Source: Octopus vulgaris
Taxonomy: Eukaryota
Length of the DNA: 64,000 nt
Direction of reading: 5' to 3'
Assembly: GCA_951406725.2 (NCBI GenBank)
Contig: OX597835.1
Location: 6,572,001 to 6,636,000, forward strand
The notes under the pieces were generated by a model, which searched no databases, had not been told where the DNA came from, and worked only from the letters and a program-made list of their open reading frames with translations. Numbering within the stretch: position 1 is the stretch's first letter; each line of letters opens with the position of its first letter. Of this stretch, positions 55,449 to 64,000 are shown piece by piece. Both the position numbers and the translations under genes were made by a program.

Positions 55449-55704
55449 TGATGATGATAATGATAAATAAGTAAGCAAATAAGCTGAATAGTGTAAAAAG
55501 TAAAGATTAAAAAACAAAAAAAAAAACAGATAAGTAATCAGAAAGGAATGCTCTAGTCTGTATCTAAGGAACTACAAAAGTGTAAACTTAAAAGCGAGTA
55601 ATCCGAAGGAAAAAAGAAGAAGAGATTTAGAGGAGTAAAGAAAAAAAAGGAAAAAAAAAAAAAAAAAAAAAAAGAGAAAAGCAAAAGCAAAAGTCAAAAA
55701 GAAA

Positions 55705-56121
55705 GTGGTGTGGCTGTGTAGTTAAGAAGTTTGGTTTGCAACCATGCGGTTTTGGGTTCAGTCCCATTGCATGGCACCTGGGGCAAGTGTCTTTTATTTA
55801 TTCTATCATTGCTTTGAGCCAACCAGAGCCTTGTGGGTGAATTTGGTACACAAAGACTGTGTAGAAGCTGTCATCCGTGCTTGGGGCTTGTCCTTTACTG
55901 GTGCTGGTGCCACGTGCAATGCACTTGTGCTGGCGACAGGTAAAAAAAGCACCGAGGATACTCTGTTGAGTGGCTGGTGTTCGGAAGTGCATCCGGCCGT
56001 AGAAGTGAAGCCACAGCAGACAGTTGGAGTCTGGTGCAGCTCCCTGGCTGGCCAGTTCCTGTCAAACCGCCCAACCCATGCCAGCGTGGAATATGGATGT
56101 TAAACGGTGATGATGATGATG
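55705..56121 (+). mobile_element. Chimeric SINE: family B head joined to family D tail
   Basis: B-type head to about 55870, then D-type module ending in gatgatgatgat. Confidence 0.7.
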
Positions 56122-56149
56122 GTATATATATATATATATATATATATAT

Positions 56150-56547
56150 ACTCTTTTACTCTTTTACTTGTTTCAGTCATTTTGACTGCGGCCATGCTGG
56201 AGCACCGCCTTTAGTCGAGCAAATCGACCCCGGGACTTATTCTTTGTAAGCCCAGTGTTTATTCTATCGGTCTCTTTTGCCGAACCGCTAAGTACGGGGA
56301 TGTAAACACACCAGCATCAGTTGTCAAGCAATGCTAGGGGGACAAACACAGACACACAAACACACACACACACATATACATATATACGACAGGCTTCTTT
56401 CAGTTTCCATCTACCAAATCCACTCACAAGGCATTGGTCGGCCCGGGGCTATAGCAGAAGACACTTGCCCAAGATGCCACGCTGTGGGACTGAACCCGGA
56501 ACCATGTGGTTGGTTAGCAAGCTACTTACCACACAGCCACTCCTGCG
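56150..56547 (-). mobile_element. SINE family B, full length
   Basis: same sequence family. Confidence 0.9.
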
Positions 56548-56819
56548 GAAATTTTTCCTGAAAGTGACTTTATTTATCATAAGATGTTAATACCATGGAT
56601 TATAATAGCACCTTAAAATGAATTTCTTACCATTCCTTTACTATTTCTATTATATTATTCTTATTTTATTTTACTTTCCCACATATTAGTTCCCTAACAT
56701 TTGGTCTCTCTGATGAAGCCCTGGGGCTCAACCATTGTCCAACTCCTGTCCAATGTTTGTTCATCTCCGTATATCACTGGCGTGATGAGGATAACCTGGA
56801 AGATTTAGCAGCCCATGAT

Positions 56820-57210
56820 GGAATATGGAAGCACTCCGTCGGTTACGACGACGAGGGTTCCGGTTGATCCGAATCAACGGAACAGCCTGTTCGTGAAATT
56901 AACGTGTAAGTGGCTGAGCACTCCACAGACACGCGTACCCTTAACGTAGTTCTCGAGGAGATTCAGCGTGACACAGAGAGTGACAAGGCTGGCCCCTTGA
57001 AATACATGTACAACAGAAACAGGAAGTAAGAGTGAGAGAAAGTTGTGGTGAAAGAGTACAGCAGGGATCACCACCATCCCTTGCCGGAGCCTCGTGGAGC
57101 TTTAGGTGTTTTCGCTCAATAAACACTCACAACGCACGGTCTGGGAATCGAAACCGCGATCCTACGACCGCGAGTCCGCTGCCCTAACCACTGGGCCATT
57201 GCGCCTCCAC
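56820..57210 (-). mobile_element. tRNA-derived SINE family C
   Basis: tRNA-like head gtggaggcgcaatggcccagtggttagggc...ggtttcgattccc; 13-bp TSD agcagcccatgat (56807-56819/57211-57223). Confidence 0.9.
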
Positions 57211-57465
57211 AGCAGCCCATGATAGAAAGAGCTTACTAACACCAATAATCTCACTAATCCGCACACACACCCTATACTGTTCATACTCTATTAATCATAT
57301 TAACCTGATATTCCCAATAGGGAAGGCACTTTCAAGGTCTTCGTGGAAAAACCCACAAAAACCACGGGTGTCTGATCAACTGGGCAAGAGCCCTTTTATT
57401 TCTTCACAGGTGTATACTCAGAATTGGTTTTTCCACACTGACCGTTCTGCCAGCATTCAACCCCT

Positions 57466-57975
57466 TCACTTTTCAATAAACTTGCTAGAAGGCAGCATTT
57501 CCTTCTCCACCCCGACTTTCCTCTTCAAGTAAAACTTGAAGAAGTTGATGAGGGTCTGACCAAAGAGGAAAGTGTCTGACTTTAGCTCTTTCAAACGCGT
57601 CCACCATACCACCTCTTTCGCTACAGGCACCAGACAAATAAAAAAAAATTGCCTGCTCCTCCCGTCCAAAGGAGGACGACTGGGAAATCTTCACTTTGTA
57701 TTCAGCTGACAGCCGGATCCGTCCCACACGCGACAGCGGGTGCTCGGGCACTGGACGATAGCGTACAGAGCGGTTTCGTCTCTCTGCGCGCACCTCGGGC
57801 AAGCACCGCTGACGGCACTTCCGTCCTTGTAAAGTTTATCCCGAACAGGCAGCGCACTTCGGTAGCACTACCAGGCGAGAGGTTTCTGGAAGTTATCCAT
57901 AGGCCCCGACCGGAAAGTCCTCCAGAGATTCGTTACCCACCTCCTCTATGATGTAGTGCATGAGGTGGAGCTTGT
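57466..57975 (-). mobile_element. L1/Tx1-type LINE ORF2 C-terminal fragment
   Basis: ALPVRDKLYK...ACPRCAQRDETALYAIVQCP zinc-knuckle remnant, followed by AKEVVWWTR. Confidence 0.7.
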
Positions 57976-57990
57976 CGCGAATATTAATTT

Positions 57991-58520
57991 TCAAACGATA
58001 CATCTGTTGTCCATCACGCAACATTGGACGTGGCGAATATCACACGCAGTTAAAATAGAAGAATGACCTGGAAAATATTCCTTGTTTAGCCATCCAGAAG
58101 CTTTGTACTTCTGAATTATTTTGGTAACCGTGTCTGAGCTCAGATGTATTCGTTTTCTAATTATCTTGTATCCTAAACCATTCTTGTGCAAATTAAAAAA
58201 TAGTTTTCTTCAAATATGCAGACAGTTCTTTTCCCTTTGGTGCCATTTTAATCCCAATGAAGAAGATAATCACAATTCCTGCAGATAGAATAACAATGAC
58301 CGGTGCCAAAAATACCAGGAGAAATAATTTATTAGAATTGAAATTATCAGTAATATCTGAATTAAGTAAAAAAGAAAAAAAGGATAAAATATTGAATATA
58401 GCAAATTTCCTTTAGGGTGTACATATTTTTGTAACGTTTGAAAATTAATATTTCATTCACTATCTTTGAAAATGTTTATTGTTTTGTGTTCCAAATAAGT
58501 ATAATGCTTGTATGTGTAAT
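57991..58520 (-). pseudogene. Tc1-like transposon 5' fragment
   Basis: ATG at 58246, MAPKGKELS, then a frameshift into LHKNGLGYKIIRKRIHLSSDTVTKIIQKYK (paired-like HTH). Confidence 0.75.
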
Positions 58521-58549
58521 ATGATTTATTTAGTGTATATATATATATA

Positions 58550-58956
58550 GGCGCAGGAGTGGCTGTGTGGTAAGTAGCTTGCTTACCAACCACATGGTTC
58601 CGGGTTCAGTCCCACTGCGTGGCATCTTGGGCAAGTGTCTTCTTCTATAGCCTCGGGCCGACCAAAGCCTTGTGAGTGGATTTGGTAGACGGAAACTGAA
58701 AGAAGCCCGTCGTATATATGTATATATATGTGTGTGTGTATGTTTGTGTGTCTGTGTTTGTCCCCCTAGCATTGTTTGACAACCGATGCTGGTGTGTTTA
58801 TGTCCCCGTTACTTAGCGGTTCGGCAAAAGAGACCGATAGAATAAGTACTGGGCTTACAAAAGAATAAGTCCCGGGGTCGAGTTGCTCGATTAAAGGCGG
58901 TGCTCCAGCATGGCCGCAGTCAAAATGACTGAAACAAGGAAAAGAGAAAGAGAGAA

Positions 58957-58958
<2 letters not shown>
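58550..58958 (+). mobile_element. SINE family B, full length
   Basis: same sequence family. Confidence 0.9.
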
Positions 58959-59004
<46 letters not shown>

Positions 59005-59041
59005 ATGTGTGTATGCGCGCGCGCACAGACACACACACACA

Positions 59042-59529
59042 TGAGGTCTGACCAAAAAGTATCAGAACTGTTTCTATGATAACGGAGCTTAAGTACGCTG
59101 TTGTCTGAAGCAGTGCTTGCGAGTAAAGTGTGTCGAGTGTGGTCGTCGGACAAAATTGCATACCTCTAGTGAGAGGTAACTTTACCATGAAAACGCAGCT
59201 GCTCTTTCAGCGCAGCTTGTGCAGCAGATCTGGGCCGAGTATACACTATTCCCCCGGCTCGACAACCACCGTGTTTCCTAGATCTCGCTTCTTGCGACTT
59301 TCACCTCTTACCCCAAAATCAAATCTCGTTTGAAAGGATGTGACGAGGCAGCTGCACGCTATCCCCAGAAAAGGAGATCCAGGAATGCTTCCATTGATGG
59401 AAACGACGCTCCATAAAGTGTGTGGCTTCAGAGGGGACAACTGTGAAGGAGATCAAATGGTGGATTGATATGGCTTGTAGTTCTCTTTTTATAGTAGTAC
59501 TAGTCCCAACTCTCTTTCATCAGACCTCG
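59042..59529 (+). mobile_element. Internally deleted mariner element
   Basis: TIRs tgaggtctgaccaaaaag / ctctttcatcagacctcg(TA); remnants HENAAA, DLASCDF, KSRLKG, KCVASEG. Confidence 0.8.
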
Positions 59530-59533
59530 TATA

Positions 59534-59603
<70 letters not shown>

Positions 59604-59682
59604 GGTCCCGGGTTGAGTCGGGGTTAACCACAGTAAATAAGGTACTCAATACATAGCAGAGTAAATTAATTTATTATATAGA

Positions 59683-59739
59683 AGGAGCTTCTACAGGACT
59701 AGAACTGTTTCATTCAAAAGAAATCATCAGGAAGCTCCT
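59683..59739 (-). ncRNA. Type I hammerhead ribozyme motif (mirror copy on + at 59733-59781)
   Basis: AGGAGCUUC-CUGAUGA-UUUC-UUUU-GAAU-GAAA-CAG-UUCUAGUC-CU-GUA-GAAGCUCCU. Confidence 0.82.
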
Positions 59740-59797
59740 GATGATTTCTTTTGAATGAAACAGTTCTAGTCCTGTAGAAGCTCCTTCTATATAATAA

Positions 59798-59876
<79 letters not shown>

Positions 59877-60065
59877 AGGAGACACAGAGAGAGAATAGTC
59901 AGTGCAGTCTTCTCTTGATATGGGGCCCAATTTGGAGAAATCTGTCTAATTGGCTTAAAACCTACCCTGTATATATATATACACTTTGAGGCAAAAAGAA
60001 TATCGTCCGGCATTCGCCATTATAGATCGCTAGCCACTACACATTATCTGTCTCTTTCTGTGTTC

Positions 60066-60101
60066 CTTTCTGTGCGAGAGCGTAGGCTCGAAACGTTAAA
60101 G
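60066..60101 (+). ncRNA. Minimal hammerhead-like motif with a non-canonical first box
   Basis: CUUU-CUGUGCGA-GAGC-GUAG-GCUC-GAAAC-GUU-AAAG; decayed homolog at 20836-20871(-). Confidence 0.55.
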
Positions 60102-60310
60102 ACTTTTTCACTTCCCGAGCGTTATACTAATACATCTGTTTGTTGTCTACACCACCTGTCTTCGTCTAGTGTTTTTTTGTGAATTCTCCCTATATATATA
60201 TACGGTCATGCACACATACACACGCACACACACACACATATATATGTGTGTATGTGAATGTATATTTATATATGTATATATATGTGTATATATATATATA
60301 TATGTATGTT

Positions 60311-60349
<39 letters not shown>

Positions 60350-61123
60350 ATGTATGTATGTATATATATATGAATATGTATGTATGCATGTATATATATA
60401 TATATGTATATTTATATAGACAAACAGGCTTGTGAATTATATAAAACCCGATTCTAAATCTAAAATAGATGGTAATCTAATTCATATTTCCTGTTTTTTG
60501 CCTACTTCTCAAAAGATAAAGCGAAAACAAATAATAAAAGGATCCCATCGTTCTTTCTGATTCTTTTCTGATCGTCTCAGCTAAATTCGTGTTGATATAT
60601 TCACAGCTCTTATGCCGGAACCAGGAAATTCTCACTTCCGGGAGTTTACGATATTCTTTTTTTGCTTCGAGGTGTATTTTACAGAAAGATAAGATAAGAT
60701 AAAATAATATCACATCAAAAAGTATGTCTGTCACTGAATTTATAGACCCGATATTCTATAAATTTACACAAATATACAATGATGTGTATGTTTATGAAAA
60801 GAATGTATGTATACAGAGAATATATATATATATAAACGCACATGGGAAAAGGTTCTCTTCCTCATCTCCCCCTCTCGGTCTCCTCTTTCTCCTTCCTTTC
60901 TCTCCCTCTCTCCTTCTCTCCCTCTCTCCTTCTCTCCCTCTCTCCTTCTCTCCCTCTCTGGTTTTCTTCATCACATTCTTTCACTTAAACAGTCATTATT
61001 CTCTTTCTTTCTTTCTTTCTTTCTTTGCCTCCTTTCTCTCTCACTCTCTCTCTTTCTCTCTCACTCTCTCTCTTTCTCTCTCACTCTCTCTCTTTCTCTC
61101 TCACTCTCTCTCTTTCTCTCTCA

Positions 61124-61179
<56 letters not shown>

Positions 61180-61508
61180 ACTTACACATATATATACACT
61201 CATATACATAGTATATACATACACACGCAGACACACAGACACACACACACACACACGTACACACACACACACATATACACGCGCGTCGTCTGTATATAAT
61301 ATGTATATATTCAATATGGTAGCCAGCCGAATGCGTCTCCACTGCCAAAGCGATTTACGTCGTTGCCCAAATGCTGAGTTTCCCCTTGCAATGTCGTACG
61401 TCGACTTCGTCGTCAATGTTCACAGTTCTGGAGAGTGAACTGTCGAAGTACGTGAACTTCTAACAACTTTCAGGGTTTCTCCTTCCACAGTGACAGTTGG
61501 TTCCCCAT

Positions 61509-61897
61509 GGAATGGAAGCTCTCCGTCGGTTACGACGATGAGGGTTCCAGTTGATCCGAATCAACGGAACAGCCTGCTCGTGAAATTAACGTGTAAGTGG
61601 CTGAGCACTCCACAGACACGTGTACCCTTAACGTAGTTCTCAGGAATATTCAGCGTGACAGAGAGTGACAAGGCCGGCCCTTTGAAATACAGGTACAACA
61701 GAAACAGGAAGTAAGAGTGAGAGAAAGTTGTGGTGAAAGAGTACAGCAGGGATCACCACCATCCCCTGTCGGAGCCTCGTGGAGCTTTTAGGTGTTTTCG
61801 CTCAATAAACACTCACAACGCCCGGTCTGGGAATCGAAACCGCGATCCTATGACCGCGAGTCCGCTGCCCTAACCACTGGGCCATTGCGCCTCCACT
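61509..61897 (-). mobile_element. SINE family C inserted into an RTE LINE
   Basis: 14-bp TSD agttggttccccat (61495-61508/61898-61911). Confidence 0.9.
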
Positions 61898-61952
61898 AGT
61901 TGGTTCCCCATACGGCTTCTATGTCGTAGTTTGGTGCGTGACCTCTGCCTTC

Positions 61953-62183
61953 AGCGGTGAGCTGGCAGAAACGTTAGCACACCGGGCGAAATGTGTAGCC
62001 GTATTTCGTCTGGCATTACGTTCTGAGTTCAAATTCCGCCGAGGTCGACTTTACCTTTCATCCTTTCGGGGTCGATAAATTAAGTACCAGTTACGCACTG
62101 GGGTCGATATAACCGACTTAATCCGTTTGTCTGTCCTTGTTTGTCCCCTCTATGTTTAACCCCTTGTGGGTAGTAAAGACATA
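61953..62183 (+). mobile_element. SINE family A inserted into an RTE LINE
   Basis: 12-bp TSD acctctgccttc (61941-61952/62184-62195). Confidence 0.9.
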
Positions 62184-62728
62184 ACCTCTGCCTTCTGAGT
62201 ACTAATTGTGAAGCGAAAGTTGTCGCAGGAAGTGGTAAAACAGTTCATGCTCTGCTGCATTTGAGGCTCTGTGGTGGCGTTGAGTGCCAAGTCGTCGGTG
62301 AACGGGAAGTTCACACTGAGTCCTCTTTCGCGTTGGTCGTGGCGTGTGGCCTGCTGGCTAAATAGTCTGCCATCTCTCCTGAATCTGATCTTGACGTCGG
62401 TTTCGTCGTTGTTGCGGAAGGCTTCTGACAGCATGGTTGAGATCATCATGCTGAAAATCGTAGGTGCGTGTACACAGCCCTGCTTGACTCCATTAATGAC
62501 TAGGAATGTGTCGGAAGAAACTCCACTGTCCAGCATCCGAGCAAGCATATCGCCGTGAAACTGATGCATCCTGTTGATGAATTGAAGGTGAAATAAAGCA
62601 GTTGTACTACTGCCTACGCTACTGAATGCCTCTGACACTTGGACGGTTTACGAACGCCACACCAAACGGCTAAACTGCTTTATACACGAACAGTTTGAGA
62701 AAGATGTTGAAAATCACCTGGCAAGACA

Positions 62729-63104
62729 TGGAAGCACTACGTCGGTTACGACGACGAGGGTTCCGGTTGATCCGATCAACGGAACAGCCTGCTCGTGAAA
62801 TTAACGTGTAAGTGGCTGAGCACTCCACAGACACGTGTACCCTTAACGTAGTTCTCGGGGATATTAAGCGTGACACAGAGAGTGACAAGGCCGGCCCTTT
62901 GAAATACAGGTACAACAGAAACAGGAAGTAAGAGTGAGAGAAAGTTGTGGTGAAAGAGTACAGCAGGGATCACCACCATCCCTTGCCGGAGCCTCGTGGA
63001 GCTTTAGGTGTTATCGCTCAATAAACACTCATTCTGGGAATCGAAACCGCGATCCTATGACCGCGAGTCCGCTGCCCTAACCACTGGGCCATTGCGCCTC
63101 CACG
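62729..63104 (-). mobile_element. SINE family C inserted into an RTE LINE
   Basis: 11-bp TSD ctggcaagaca (62718-62728/63105-63115). Confidence 0.9.
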
Positions 63105-63519
63105 CTGGCAAGACAAAGGTCCCAGACACGGAGGTCCTCTCTTGAGCTGATCTGCCAAGCATATACACAATGCTGAGGAGAACGCAGGTGAGATGGACAG
63201 GTAACTTATTCGAATATCTGGCATACGTCTCTCCCAAGAGGTTGTTTCACAGCGGACTGGCGGATAGAAATCACACAGAACGGGCAGAATAAGCACTTCA
63301 AGCGCTCAAAAGTCTCACTGAAGAGTTTTTCAGATAACTCCGACACCTGGGAAAGGTACGAACAGAACTGCTCTGCATGGTGTAGCTGCACTAGCCGAAG
63401 TGCCACTTCCCGCTATCAGAACAGGATCGCACAACGTAAACGCGAGCTGCACAGGTCCAGAGCCAACTTCTTGCGCTCAATTTAAGCAGACCATCAGTGC
63501 CCGACCTGTAATACACGCG

Positions 63520-63580
<61 letters not shown>

Positions 63581-63769
63581 ACACACATACACACGCACAC
63601 GCACACACACACACACACACACACATACACACACACACATACACGCACACACACACACATACACACATAAACACACACACATACACGCATACATACACAC
63701 ACATACACGCACACACACACACATACACACACATATACACACATACACACACATATACACGCACACACA

Positions 63770-63836
<67 letters not shown>

Positions 63837-64000
63837 ATGGAAGATGATCTACTTGTTCGAGAGGTGTATCAGAGAGAGAGAGATGAAAATACCAAAATCT
63901 GGTAAGATGGAATTTGAGGCTGGTTGTGCAAGAACCATGGTTTTCTTGATGCTTACTGCGAGGCCAGAGCCTTAGTTTTAATCCAGTGCACGACCGATCT

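Larger units (their letters stand above)
61310..63512. mobile_element. RTE-clade LINE, decayed, 5' part inverted, three SINE insertions
   Basis: - strand 62583-61310: GVKQGCVHAPTIFS, FTDDLAL, ISTQKAEV, KFTYF, IARGNSAFG; + strand 62580-63512: KAVVLLPTLL..DTWTVY, ITWQD, VRWTG, PKRLF, HQCPTC. Confidence 0.9.

Noticed and set aside
54828-55517. 229-aa minus-strand ORF with a Cys-containing segment
   Set aside because: Mostly (AAT)/(ACT)/(ATC) repeats, non-ATG start, no recognisable domain
56705-56810. CTGATGA with a short hairpin
   Set aside because: Could not complete a hammerhead fold even after removing the SINE

Overview
AT-rich, microsatellite-saturated eukaryotic genomic DNA. The SINE repertoire, (TA)n/(CA)n density and gene style suggest an octopus/coleoid cephalopod (inference). 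The window holds the last eight coding exons of a CTP synthase gene (+, 1521-11865; glutamine amidotransferase domain, all introns GT-AG and phase-compatible), ending in an unusual NG-hexapeptide tail. A probable first coding exon of an unidentified secreted/membrane protein lies at 47000-48475 (+). The rest is repeats: at least five SINE-type families with shuffled modules, piggyBac/hAT/mariner MITEs, a non-autonomous Helitron, decayed mariner and Tc1 transposases, and CR1, L1/Tx1, RTE and Penelope-like (Naiad-type) fragments. The most striking unannotated signal is about ten type I hammerhead ribozyme motifs (intact, core-variant or decayed) in short elements whose 3' ends mostly abut microsatellites. 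Several lie in fold-back inverted repeats, including a perfect palindrome with 65-bp arms built from two opposed hammerheads. The RTE and Penelope copies both carry 5' inversions. All calls were made by eye; repeat boundaries are approximate unless a TSD or TIR is quoted.
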